Positions 20,885 through 32,073 are shown, numbered from the stretch's first letter. The stretch is DNA of 64,000 bases from an uncultured Deinococcaceae bacterium (GCA_964252075.1 CAXULY010000014.1:32001-96000); one strand, 5' to 3'. The notes: generated by a model not told the origin, from the sequence alone. Made by a program: numbers and translations.

Positions 20885-21066
20885 CCCACGCGAGGGGCCG
20901 AGCCTGACCGCACAGCACCGCGCCACCAGACGGTCCGTCCGCGGTGAAACGTGCGCTCATGGATAACGCCCGTGCTTCAGGGAAGGACCAGCGAGGGCAC
21001 GGGTCGTCTGCGGGCTGCGCATGAACGCTGATCGGAGTGAAACGCAGCCGGGCGTTGCCGTTGGCC

Positions 21067-24061
21067 TCAGAGGGCGCTCCAGTGAGCCTCCGGCAGGCCA
21101 TGCTGTGCCCGCAGGGCCCGCGCGGCTTCCCGCTGCACCGCACCGGCCGCGCCGAGCTGCACGGCCCACAGGTCATGCAGGCGCACCTGCCACGCCACGT
21201 TCGGGGTGCGTTCCAGCTGCTGTTGCGCGCGCTCAAGCAGGGGCGGCACCTCCGCGCTTGCTTGCAGGGCCAGCAGGATGGCCGCTTCCTCCAGCGTCCG
21301 CAGGGCCTCCAGGTGATCTGGAAGGGGCGGCCCCTCACGCGTGCGTCTCAGCTCGCCGAGCGCCTCCTGTGGGCGCCCCTCGAGCCGCAGCGTCTTGGCG
21401 TGCAGCACCGGGAAGGCCGCGAGGAGCGCGCTGTGCTCCGGGCGGTGGTCACGCCGCGCCTGCGCGCACAGCGCCCGCGCGCGCGGATACTCCCCGGTCA
21501 TCTGGGCGACCATGACCTGCACGAACAGCAGGGCGATGCGCTCGCCGTGGTTGGCGTCCAGGTGGCGGAGGTGCGCCTCGCCGCGCGCCGCCGCGTCGCG
21601 CGCCGCCTCGCCCTCCCTGAGTTCGCACCGCACGCGGGCCAGCTTGGCGAGCCTCGACCCGGCGCGCAGCACGTCGTGCCGGCGGATGTGCAGGCCCTCG
21701 GCCCGCTCCAGGTGCGGCGCCGCCTCCCGTGGCGCGGTGGCGCTCAGCGCGAGGCCGAGACCCTCGTGCGCCTTCGCCTGCCACTCCAGTGACCCCGCGC
21801 GCTCCCCGAGAGCCGCGAGGCGCCGCAGGTGCGCCAGGGCCTCATCGTGTTGCCCGCGCAGGAAGGCGATAAGCGCCTGCCCCTCGGTCAGCTGCGCGTC
21901 CACGAGTTGCGCCTCGCGGGTGTCCCCGGCGGCGCGCAGGGCGCTCAGGCCCGCCGCGACGACCGGCTCGATGCGCGCGGCGTCCATGGACCCTTCCAGC
22001 TGCCGGTACGTCTGCATGAACGCCGTGGCGCGCTCGAGCGGCGTGACGGCCCGCTCGTGCAGGTCCCGCACCGCCGCCGCGTGCCGGGCGTCATCCATGT
22101 TCGCGAGGACTTCCGCGCGCAGCGCGAGGGCGTCGAACGCGCCGCGCGGATCGGTGGCCGCACGCAGGTCGGCGGCCTGCGCGAAGAAGGCCTGCGCTTC
22201 CTCCAGGCGTGCGGTCTGCCACGCGGCGTGCCCGGCCCTCACCAGCCACGGCGCGGCCTGATCGCCCTGACCGCCCGCCAGCCAGTGCTCCGCGACGCGC
22301 GCGGCCGCCGCACCCGGCGCGGCTTCCAGCGCGCGGGCCGCCGCGCGGTGCAGCAGCCGCCGCACGCCCGCTGGCGTCTCCTGGCGCAGCGTCTCGGCGA
22401 GCAGGTCGTGACTGAAGCGCTCGCCGACCATGACCTGCGCGTCCTCCAGTTCCTCCCACGCGGCCGCAACGTCCAGCAGCGGGGCGCGCAGCACCTCGGC
22501 CACCCGCTCCACGTCGAAGTCACTGCGCAGCACCGCCGCCGCCCGCGCGGCGTGCAGCGCGGGGGTGGACAGCGCGCGCAGGCGCCGCGCGATGATGCCC
22601 GACACGCGCTCCGGTACGGGCAGGGGGCCCGACCGGCCGACGTTCCCCTCCTCCAGCAGGTGCTTGATGGTTTCCAGCACGAACAGGGGGTTGCCGCCCG
22701 TGAAGCGCGCGAAGTCCGCACCGCGCTCCGCGAGTCCCGGCAGGTCGAGGCTCGCGACGAGGCCGTGCACGTCCGCGTCCTCCAGCGGCGCCAGCTCAAT
22801 CCAGGCGGCCTGCCCGGCCGCCACGAAACGCTCGAACACCGCGCGCGTGGGGGCGTCGAGCTCCTGGGCGCGGAACGTGCCCACGCAGTGCGGCAGGCCC
22901 CCCGGCTGACCGAGCGGGAAGGCGCCCGCCAGCATCGCCATGGTGGCGGCGTCCACCTCGTGGAGGTCCTCGAAGACGGTCACCACCGCCCCCTGCAGGC
23001 GCACCGCGGCGCCCGACACCACGTGAATCGCCTCGATCAGGCGCGGGTCGGGGCGACCGCTGACGTCCGCGCGGGTCTGCGGCATGAGCGGCGCGAGGGC
23101 GGGCAGCACCCACTCCGGCACGTGCTCCTCGATGGGTATGGCGTCCAGCACGCGGTGCAGCATGCGCGCGGTGGTGGAAAAGGGCGACGTGCGATCCTCG
23201 GGGCGGCCTTCCAGCTAAAACGCCGGGCCTTTGCTCATCACGAAGTCCTGCATCAGGCGGGACTTTCCGGCGCCCGCTGGGCCAACGAGCAGGATGCACT
23301 GACCGTTCGCCCACGCCGCCTCCATCTTCGCCCACACGTCCGCGCGGCCCACCAGGACGGGCGGCCGCAGGACGGCCAGCGGGATGCGCCGGGCGGGCGC
23401 TGGCGGTGCGTCCACCGCGCCCCGGTCGATCAGCTGCGCGAGGTCGCGCGTCTCGGGCAGTGGCGCGACGCCCAGAACACGCTCCAGCAGGTTGCGGCAG
23501 CGGTGGTACGCCCGCAGGGCTGCCGGTCGGTCGCCCATCAGGTACAGAAGGCGCATCAGGCGGCGGTGCGCGCCCTCGGACAGCGGGTCCAGGTGCACGA
23601 GGTCGCGCGTCAGGCGAAGGGCGCGCGGCGCGCGCGAGGTCCAGGCGCTCGCACTACGCCAGCAGCCACTCCACGAGGTCCGGCTGGTCGTCGAGCGCCA
23701 CCCCGTCCAGCAGCGTGCCCAGCGGCACGGCGTCCGGCGGTGCGCCGGGTGCGTCCGCGCCCCACGGGGTCAGGTCCGAGGTGAATGCCGGGCCGACGGC
23801 GACCGCCTCCCCGGTCTGCAGGAGGTCCGGGTGGTGCCCCTTGCCGATGCGGCGCAGCAGGTGCACGAGGTTGTTCCGGGCGGCTTCCTCGGGCGTCTCG
23901 GGCCACAGCAGGCCTGCGAGGCGGGAACGGGCGGTCGGTCCCTGCAGTGCCAGGTACGTGAGGAGGGCGAGGGTGCGCGCCTCGCAGCGCACCGCCTGCC
24001 CCGCTGGATTCAGGAGGCGCGGTGTGCCGAAGGCCACCAGACGCCAGGCGCCGACACTCAC
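21067..24061 (-). pseudogene. SARP-type wHTH-BTAD-ATPase-TPR regulator, disrupted
   Basis: wHTH (LAGLLWPE..EEAARNNL), BTAD (LDPLSEGAHRRLMRL), Walker A GPAGAGKS, Walker B FEDLH; TAG at 23654-56, frameshifting deletion near 23620-23635, second TAG at 23215-17. Confidence 0.85.
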
Positions 24062-24123
24062 GATGCCTGAGGATACCAAGTGCCGCCGCCCAGCGGTACG
24101 CCCTTTCCGGGCGGCGGGCACCC

Positions 24124-24156
24124 ATCATCCCGCCATCATGCGCCGCCGCCTACGCT
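24124..24156 (+). promoter_or_regulatory. Candidate SARP-type promoter ATCAT-N6-ATCAT-N11-TACGCT
   Basis: CCATCAT direct repeat at 11-bp period upstream of a -10 box, between the regulator and the lipoprotein. Confidence 0.55.
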
Positions 24157-24203
24157 CCGGGGCATGATGGGCCGCGAACCCGGCGCCCTTAAGCAGGAAC
24201 GAC

Positions 24204-24962
24204 ATGAAGCACCCGAACATCCTGGCCCTGACCCTGCTCGTCATCGCCCAGAGCGCCTGTGGCAGCGCCGGCACCACGACCGCCGTCACACCCCCGCCGC
24301 CCGGTCAGGCACACACGCCAGGCACGCCCGGACTGCCGCAGCCCTACGTCATGACCGGCACTGTCATGACGGAAGCGGGCGCTCCATTGGCGGGCGTGGA
24401 GGTCTTCGCGGACCACACCGCTTATTACAACATGAACGCCGTCGGCATCACCGACGCGCAGGGCCGCTACCGCATCGCGCTCGCCCGGCAGCCCGGCACC
24501 TGGAGCGCCGGCGCGTACCTCAAGGTGCCGCTGGACGGCGAGACCTTCGACGTGCGCCTCCGCCCGCAGGAGGACATGCCCTTCGACGGCGCGCAGGGCG
24601 CGGTGCGGCACTTCACGTACACCGCCAGCGACGCCCCGACCGACAAGGTGTACACCTACGCCGCGCACACCGACGTTGAACTCGATGACGGCTCCCTGCA
24701 ACTGACCTTCACGCCGGAAGGCCCAAACGTGCTGGGCAGCACCGCCCCCTTCACGCGCCGCTTCGTCGTCGGTTCAGGCATGCCGGACGTACCGCTCGGC
24801 CGCTACCACGTGCGCGTCACGCACGTCCTGAACGGCGCCCAGCAGTCACTGCTGCTGGGCACGCGGGACCAGCCGGGATCCGCCGCGTAGGTCTCCGCCA
24901 CGTTCCACAACGACAGCCATTACGGCCCCACCCTGGAGCTGTTCCTCAGCAACCCGGAGTGA
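24204..24962 (+). pseudogene. Carboxypeptidase-regulatory-like-domain lipoprotein with premature amber stop near the C-terminus
   Basis: Signal with QSAC; paralog of 753-1535; TAG at 24888-90 followed in frame by VSATFHNDSHYGPTLELFLSNPE then TGA. Confidence 0.7.
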
Positions 24963-26502
24963 GGCGTACGCGGGCGTCATGCTCACCGCAGGTCATACCA
25001 CCATCCGCTCATCATGCGGGCCTCACCACGCTGCGGGATTGGCCCGGAGTGCCGCATCTCTAGCCCTCCTCGTGACGCCCGTCCCGGTTGTTTCCCCACG
25101 AGTGGCCCTTAGCGACCAAGTCATCCTGGGTCTCACCGCGCAGGTGCGCGCACAACTGCTGACGCTCCGCGCGGATTCCTGCAGGCCCACCATGTGGGAC
25201 GTCCAGGCGCCCAGAGTGACGCCCGCCGGGCTGAACATCGACGCCGCCAACGCCGCGTTGGAACGGACGCTCATAGCCTTGAAGGGCGGCGACCCAGCCC
25301 GCGCCTGGTCTAAAGCGCTCACTCACCGCGCTGCGTCAGCAGTGAACCCACGGCGCCCGGAACCCGCCGCCGCTAATGGGCCGCGCAGCGGGCGCCCCGA
25401 CGTTCGAGTCGTTCATCCGGACGGCGGAGCAGCTGGTGGGCCTCCCTGGCCTCAGGGCGACCGGCTGGACACGTTCACGTGCTCACGTCCGCGAGCCTCG
25501 ACTGCAGCCGCAACGCGACACGCTTTACGGGAATGAGGGCCGATCTGAAAATTCCAAAGGCATGCCAGTGACTGGCCGCCTTGGCGCCAAGGAGGGCATC
25601 CACATTACGTTCGGCCGGGACGGCGTGCAGGACGCCGGGATGTGCGTGGAACTCATGGCCTCGTTCGGAGCTGCGCTGGACACCTCCACTGATGGATGGG
25701 AAGGCAAAATCCATGATAAGCACGCCACCCAGCGCGGCTGCATGCCGCCTTACACCTAGACATATCCATCTGTCAGCCTCATTATGTGGGTCACGCACAT
25801 AAGTGCGATTGCAAACCATCTCCTTAAGGACGCGCTTCGCTCAAGAAGTCTCCTCAGAAAGAGCAAATCAGGCGGTGGAGCTCGGGCCAGCTGACCAGAT
25901 TGCGGACACCGGTCATCGCGCAGGGCCGCTAAGGACCGACGCGCTAAAGCGCTTCGTGCATTGGTGATCCCATCACCTAATGATATGTCTCCCCTCGCCG
26001 CTTTCTCGGCCTGCTCAGAGGTCGAAGCAATCGGCACACACTGCTCGGCTTGAGCACAGAAAGCCACGGTTCCATCTCCCCTACCGGCTCGTGACCTTTC
26101 ACTGCGTGCATGGTTATAACCCGGGTTGATATATCAAATGCAATTGTTTCGCTAACTTTCACCGGGGATGAGTCCTTGGTGTCCCGCACGCTTACATATG
26201 TGATATCACTGTGTGCTTTTCCTTTCACTTCTCTCTCTAATCTTCTCATGCATTACAGTAGGTGACCTAGCAGGGCGCTCGGTAAGTTGAGATCTAAGCG
26301 GTGTGTTTTGAGAAGCGAAGCGCCGGAACGGTCAGGTGTTTCTAATCGTTCTGTGCACTTAAGACGCTCCACATACGGATGGATCCCGGTGGCGTGCTCT
26401 GAGTGCAACTGGTTAGGGGTGACGACCATTAGTCTGCGGGCAGACAGACATATGTACAGTGGAATGCTTGCAGGTCGGCGCTTTGTCTCTGCTTGGCGCA
26501 CC

Positions 26503-27049
26503 GTTTCGCCGTCTGAACGTGTGGACGTCTGTATGTTCAGATCGGGCAGACAACCAGCCGTACGGGCGTCCAGACGCTTGGACATCCCCATGCCTGTCGT
26601 CGCTAATGACCTCACCACACCAGTCCTATTGCAGGTTTAAACGTGTGTGCGTTTGCACGTCTGAACGTCCAAATGCACTTGACCAGAGAAGCCATGTGAA
26701 TCGTATATTATGGACGTCCATATGTTCAGATATCTAGACGGACAGACGTGCATACTTTTGGGTGTCTGTCCGTCCGAACATGTAGACGTCCATAGTCATA
26801 CCATACTGAGAGGCATGGAAAGCAGCCTTTCCGTTCAGCTTCTGCACTCACAATCTCAATCACTTGATCAAGCCGCTAACGAGGAAGTTGCGTGCAGTGG
26901 TTTACTTGTATGGCAGGTCCCTTCTACATATTTATTCTATCGCTAAACATCGTGTGCGTATCCTTGGACGTCCAGACGTGCACCCGTTTGAGTGTCTGAG
27001 TAACCAGACATGTACACGCTTGAGCGTCTGGACCTATGGACGTACAATT
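26503..27049. repeat. Four arrays of tandem degenerate 8-bp repeats (consensus near GTCYRGAC), candidate partition centromere
   Basis: Arrays at about 26503-26583, 26635-26674, 26708-26795 and 26962-27049; for example ccttggac gtccagac gtgcaccc gtttgagt gtctgagt aaccagac atgtacac gcttgagc gtctggac ctatggac gtacaatt. Confidence 0.8.
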
Positions 27050-27054
27050 CATTC

Positions 27055-27663
27055 GTGATCATCAGTGTGACGAGCTTCAAGGGCGGAGTCGGAAAGACCA
27101 CCACCGCGGTCCACCTCGCAGCATCGTTTCAACGCCGCGCCCCCACCCTGCTGGTGGACGGAGACCTCAACCGCAGTAGTAGTCTGTGGGCGGCCAAAGA
27201 ACTTCTGCCCTTCAAAGTGATTCCCGAACGGCAACTCGCCCGGTACGCCGGCGATTACGCCCACATCATCATCGACACCGGCGCCCGGCCAAACGAACAG
27301 GAACTGGCGGACATCGCGGGCGGATGTGACCTCATGGTCATTCCCAGCAACCCGGAGACACTCAGCATTGACGCCCTCCTCCAGACGACCGAGGCGCTCC
27401 AGCGTCTTCAGGCCAGATACTGCGTCCTGCTCACGATGGTGCCCGCCGCGCCCATCAAAGACGGGGTAGAGGCGCGCGACGCGCTGAAAGAAATGGGTAT
27501 TCCCGTCCTGCGTTCCGTCATTCGAGACAGCCGAGCCTTCGTTCACGCCACCGCCGCAGGTGCCCTTGTCAGCAACATGACGAAGATCAAATCCGGCAAA
27601 CTGGCATGGATGGACTACGAGCGGGCCGCCAACGAGATCCTCCAGTACCCGGAGCAGGCATGA
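27055..27663 (+). CDS. parA: Short Walker-type partition ATPase (type Ib ParA)
   Basis: KGGVGKTT, LLVDGD.N and IIIDT motifs; no N-terminal HTH; leaderless TACAAT-N6-GTG. Confidence 0.93.
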   Translation: MIISVTSFKGGVGKTTTAVHLAASFQRRAPTLLVDGDLNRSSSLWAAKELLPFKVIPERQLARYAGDYAHIIIDTGARPNEQELADIAGGCDLMVIPSNPETLSIDALLQTTEALQRLQARYCVLLTMVPAAPIKDGVEARDALKEMGIPVLRSVIRDSRAFVHATAAGALVSNMTKIKSGKLAWMDYERAANEILQYPEQA

Positions 27664-28001
27664 CATCCAAATTCTCAGACCTTAGATCCCTGCGTGCGGT
27701 GCGTGACCAGCAGGCCGAACCCGATCATGAAGCCGCGCCCGCCGCTCCTCCCGCACCGACGCCTGCCGCGCCGCTTGAGACTCCAGAAGGCGGCAATGCG
27801 CGGCGCCCAGGAAAGCGGCGCGACGCAGCCTTCACGAAGGCCACCGTGTACCTGAACCGCAAAGCGTACCTTGAGGCGAAATCCCGCATGATGCTCGCGG
27901 GGCGCAAAGGGGAAGTCAGCGACCTGCTTTCTGAGCTGCTCATTGGGTACCTGGACGGTCGTTTCGCCGTCGATTTGCCGGAGCTTCCCTTAGAGGAATA
28001 G
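27660..28001 (+). CDS. Small partition partner (113 aa): flexible N-terminus plus RHH-like C-terminus, candidate centromere-binding protein
   Basis: ATGA overlap with the parA stop; Pro/Ala linker; RPGKRRD..FTKATVYL...VSDLLSELL pattern. Confidence 0.75.
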   Translation: MTSKFSDLRSLRAVRDQQAEPDHEAAPAAPPAPTPAAPLETPEGGNARRPGKRRDAAFTKATVYLNRKAYLEAKSRMMLAGRKGEVSDLLSELLIGYLDGRFAVDLPELPLEE

Positions 28002-28596
28002 GAACGCACCTTTCGACAACCAGTCCATTCCACCGCACGGTTGCCTGGCCAAGCGAATGGTCGTGGACTGCCGGATGAGTTGCCTTATCGCTTCCACAGT
28101 AGTGAGACTATCAGCACACGAGATGGAGCGCTGCATGGCATGAATCGGCCGCTACGACGCCGAAACAGCCATCTTACGAGACCTTCGCCACCCAACCGTG
28201 CCGTCCGGCAGTCCTAAACGCAGCTGGTGGAACCGCGCCGAAGGTACGCGGCGACACCCAATTACCTGTGCTCTCAAGGCAGCAGCACTGGCGTTGGGCG
28301 CGGCACACCCTCCGACCTACCTTCTGGCAGACACGATACTCAAAGGTAGGGTCCGCTCACCTGTTGCTTCCTTCCACACTTGACGTTCTGGTGTTGGTGC
28401 CAAGAGGGGAGGAAAGGGGAGACCATTCTCCGACCCAAGTTGGGGGAGGAAGTGACACCACCTGAGCGTGACGACAAAATCGGCCCCAGCCCAAATATCC
28501 AATCAGGTGACCTGATGTGACATCAGTCCTATCTAGCCGATCGCTGTCAGATCGCTGAGAGATCAGGCGGCCGGGCAGTTCAGCTCTGGCAACCAG

Positions 28597-28613
28597 AATC
28601 GCTCAGGTGTGTC
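28597..28613 (+). repeat. Isolated perfect iteron copy downstream of rep
   Basis: AATCGCTCAGGTGTGTC, identical to the origin consensus; a degenerate inverted copy lies at 28454-28468. Confidence 0.8.
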
Positions 28614-28860
28614 TCTAACTCCGCGTTTTAGGTCTAGGCATGTGCGCTGGTGCGGGCAGACCCTAGTCGTCAGCCAAGGACACTCAACCCGCGCAGGTCA
28701 GTCTGAACACGCCACGAATCGGGGCTAAGCCCACGCCGAACAGTTGCGCCACCAGTTCGATCGCCAACACACTCCATCTACTTCATTTGCCCAGCATGGG
28801 CGTTTGCCCACAGCACCAGCTCCACACTCCCCCCAGGTGAATCTGGTGGCGCGTCTGCCG

Positions 28861-30216
28861 TCACATCCAGCGTTGTGCGGCAACCTTCACTTCATCCACG
28901 AACTCCTGCCCCCGCATGGTCGCCAGCGCCCGATATCCGGCCTTGAGCACCTCCACGGGGTCCAGTTCTCCCATCTTCACGCCGTGTTGCAGGGCGTCCA
29001 GTACCGTCGCGTCGAAGCTCCGCTTGTACGCCAGCGAGAGCCGCTTCACGAAGAGCGGCGCGGCTTGCGCAGGCTTCAGCCCAGCGAACAGCTCCTGGTA
29101 CTCGTCCCGCTCTTCCTCCGCACGAGGCGCGGGGGGAAGCGCAGCGGCCTTCCTGACAGGTTTCGCGGTGCGCTCGACGTCCACGTACTGGTCCGGATTC
29201 TTGATCAGGTGCACGAGGGCCGCCGCAGGCGTCTTCTTCACGACCAGCAGGTTGGCGCTCACCAGGCGTTCGAACTGGTCGATGCGCTGCATCAGCAGCG
29301 CCTTTCCGTAGGTCTTCGCGAGTTTCTGCGCCACCCCGAGGGTCACGCCGTGGCGCCGCAGGCGGTGCAGGAGGGCCGGATCGACCGGCTCGAACTCCGG
29401 GTGGAATTCGTACCGAACCCGCTGCTGCTTCCCGCGCCCCTCGTACGTCACGGCGCGCAGGTACCCCTTCTTGATCAGTTCGGCGTGGGGGGACTCCAGG
29501 GCCCGGCGGACGTTCGAGAGGCTGGTGCTGGGAATCTTGCAGACTTCCGCCCACGCCGCCAGGTTGTTCTCGTACACGTCCCGCGTCTGGTCCGGCTGCT
29601 CCGGGTCGTACCGCATGGCGTCCAGCACCCGGTACACCACGCGGGTGCGTGGACGTGAGAGGCTCTGCATGAACTCGATGTTCAGCGGCTTGATGTACCC
29701 GCTGCGGAGGCTGGCAACGATGTCATCCGCCAGTCGGAACGTGATGATGGTGCGTTCGTCGAACAGCCCGGACTCCCGCGCACTCCACTTCAGGCTCTGG
29801 ATGTACGTGAATTTTGCGTGCGACCAGCGGCTGTTCGGGTGGTCGCGCCAGCCACCACTCACTGTGAAGGTCGTGCTGGCGAGCCGCTCAAGGCTCTGCT
29901 TGAGCATCTTGTAGTACTTGCCGTTCTGGTGGAAGCCCGCCGCTCGGAGCAACTCGGTCGTGCCGATCTCAATCAGTCCGTCATCCGGAAGGCCGATGCT
30001 GAAGAAGTGCTCGATGATGGCGGCCGTCACGTCGTTGTCCACGCCGTGCGGGATGCCGTACTTCGGGAGCGCCTCGCAACTCACGACGTATTTGCGGTTG
30101 CCTTCCACGTACGTGATGTGCCATTCGCGCTGCCCGTCCACCTGATCCTGGGCGGAGATCAGGCTGAGGCGACCGACATTGAGGTCGTCGAAATGGCTGC
30201 GCGTTAGGTTTGTCAC
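28861..30216 (-). CDS. repA: Plasmid replication initiator protein (RPA/RepA-like, Deinococcus type)
   Basis: DDLNVGRLSLIS, YGIPHGVDNDV, SLRSGYIKPL and LESPHAELIKKGYL blocks; AGGAGG RBS before GTG 30216; adjacent iterons and parA. Confidence 0.85.
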   Translation of the reverse strand: MTNLTRSHFDDLNVGRLSLISAQDQVDGQREWHITYVEGNRKYVVSCEALPKYGIPHGVDNDVTAAIIEHFFSIGLPDDGLIEIGTTELLRAAGFHQNGKYYKMLKQSLERLASTTFTVSGGWRDHPNSRWSHAKFTYIQSLKWSARESGLFDERTIITFRLADDIVASLRSGYIKPLNIEFMQSLSRPRTRVVYRVLDAMRYDPEQPDQTRDVYENNLAAWAEVCKIPSTSLSNVRRALESPHAELIKKGYLRAVTYEGRGKQQRVRYEFHPEFEPVDPALLHRLRRHGVTLGVAQKLAKTYGKALLMQRIDQFERLVSANLLVVKKTPAAALVHLIKNPDQYVDVERTAKPVRKAAALPPAPRAEEERDEYQELFAGLKPAQAAPLFVKRLSLAYKRSFDATVLDALQHGVKMGELDPVEVLKAGYRALATMRGQEFVDEVKVAAQRWM

Positions 30217-30225
30217 GGGGCCTCC

Positions 30226-30292
30226 TGTTGTTGACAAATTTTACCCCTGAACAGAAGAACTTCTTGTTTTAAACATATTGATGAACACCACC
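30226..30292. other. AT-rich segment between the rep start and the iterons (candidate unwinding element and rep promoter)
   Basis: tgttgttgacaaattttac...aagaacttcttgttttaaacatattgatgaac in a GC-rich background. Confidence 0.55.
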
Positions 30293-30337
30293 AAGCAGCG
30301 GTACTGAGGTGCGTTCAGGAGCGCATCTCAGCCACAT

Positions 30338-30844
30338 AATCGCTCAGGTGTGTCGTTGATTTCGCGCGAGAGTGTCTTCGGTGTGGCGCAAGAATCGCTC
30401 AGGTGTGTCTTGATCGAGCACAGGAATCCCTCAGGTGTGTCTTCCGCGATCCGTCAGGTGTATCTTCCATGCCTTCACGACCCACCTGAGTGGTTTTGCG
30501 GAATCCCTCAGGTGGGTCTCCGGGGGGCGGGGGCCATGTCGCTCAAGTGTGTCTCCGGGATTTTGGCCGTTTCGCTCAGGTGTGTCTTGCATAACGTGGT
30601 TCAATTCCTCAGGTGTGTCTCGGGCTTTGTCTGGCGCTCCGGGATGCTTCCGGGACATGTTCGGACCGCCGCTCATTGCAGCTCTTGCCGAACAGGGATC
30701 GTAATCGCTCAGGAATGTCGTGCGGGGCTGTTCCCACCATCGCTCAGGTGTGTCTCCGCTGATTTTCCGCTCCTGCAAAGGTTTCCTTTGATCTCACCGC
30801 ACGCCATCGGCTGTCTAGAAGTCTCGGAATCGCTCAGGTGTGTC
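30338..30844 (+). repeat. Iteron array of the replication origin (17-bp consensus AATCGCTCAGGTGTGTC)
   Basis: Direct copies start at 30338, 30393, 30425, 30448, 30502, 30537, 30570, 30603, 30703, 30738 and 30828; one inverted copy at 30479-30495. Confidence 0.9.
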
Positions 30845-31491
30845 GCCGGTCCACAACAAGACGAACTGTGTTCGGGGTGTGCTGCTGGGCAGCGGCAAGG
30901 TCTTACGGCATTGCGCTCAACCCGGAAAGCGGCCATGGTGCCAGTGCTGAAACCAGGTGCGCCTATTGCCACGCGTCTTCCGCTTACCTGACTCCCGTGA
31001 AGGCTGGCTCGCTGCAAACCGTCGTATTAGCACTTACACGTTGTTTCGGGTGCCAAGGGCAATGCGGCACCCCATTTCGCGTCCCTGTACGCTTCCAGCT
31101 GGGCCAGCGGGCTGCCAACGCCATACATACTGGATGTGCTTTCAGCTGCGCCCCCACCGTCCACATCTCAGGGTGGTGCGCGGCCCAGGGCACACGCAGA
31201 TGCCCTGGCTATCGACACTTCCATGGTTGCCATGTTGCACACACAGACCCGGTTGCCTGGATGGGCATCACGGCACGAGGATCTGAGCCGACCGCCGAGC
31301 CTGGGACAGCAGGTTCTTGACCAGACCAGCACAGAAGAGCTGCGGCGTAGCCATACACAAGAACCAAGAATCAGCTCAATTCCGACACCTCCTGCTGCAT
31401 GTCACTGTCCCAACTCGGCGTACTGGATAGACGGCGTGGACCCATACGGCAGGACAGGGGAGGTGTGCCCTCACCAGCTGCGGAGCGTCCA

Positions 31492-31830
31492 TCACCGGTG
31501 CTGGCCTGGGGACCTTCGGAACAGCGCCACCAGCAGCAACACCCAGGCGCCCGTCTGCACCAGCGTGTTCGCCAGCGCCACCCACCCCAGCACCAGCCCC
31601 AGTTGCGCGGGCGTCACGCCGTTTCGCTGCAGGCTGATGGGCAGCACCAGGCTGACGGTCTGTCCGGCGATTCCAGCGGCGAGCAGCAGCACCAGGGCGA
31701 CCAGGGTCAGCCGGAACCGCGTGGGGTCCTCACGCAAGCGGAGAGCGGCGAGCACGATGCCGACGATCCAGGTGATGAACAGTGGGGAGGTGACCGTGAA
31801 TTGAAGCAGCAGCGGTCCGATGAATTCCAT
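31492..31830 (-). CDS. Small 3-TM membrane protein, unknown function
   Basis: 112 aa with three hydrophobic helices. Confidence 0.7.
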   Translation of the reverse strand: MEFIGPLLLQFTVTSPLFITWIVGIVLAALRLREDPTRFRLTLVALVLLLAAGIAGQTVSLVLPISLQRNGVTPAQLGLVLGWVALANTLVQTGAWVLLLVALFRRSPGQHR

Positions 31831-32073
31831 GCCTGGATTCTCGCACCCGGCCCCGCCCGTTCTTCGCCCGTGACGCCCGCGCCCTTTGAGCCTGGTGAAC
31901 AGGCGGGCCGACAGGTGACGCTGTCTTGTTGTTGCTGTCCCCGCGCGAGCACTTCATGACGAAAGAGCCAAGTTATCGCCTGCCTGAATTTATGGCCGCG
32001 GTGGGCGCCGTTCCACCACGGACGGCATCGTGGGCTCATCACTGGTCATTCCCCAGTGGGTGCAAGGAGTCAC

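Noticed and set aside
21067..24962. Amber readthrough or recoding suggested by three in-frame TAG codons
   Set aside because: The same regulator has a frameshifting deletion, TAG ends normal genes here (20884, 28001), and no suppressor tRNA or pyl genes are seen.
26253..27058. Short ORFs across the octamer arrays, and ORF 30350-30991 across the iterons
   Set aside because: Their repetitive peptides (for example SLRCVS) merely translate the DNA repeats.
30338..30844. Repeat-spacer appearance suggesting a CRISPR array
   Set aside because: Repeats are only 17 bp and degenerate, gaps range from about 6 to 83 bp, one copy is inverted, no cas genes are present, and the array abuts a rep gene, so these are iterons.
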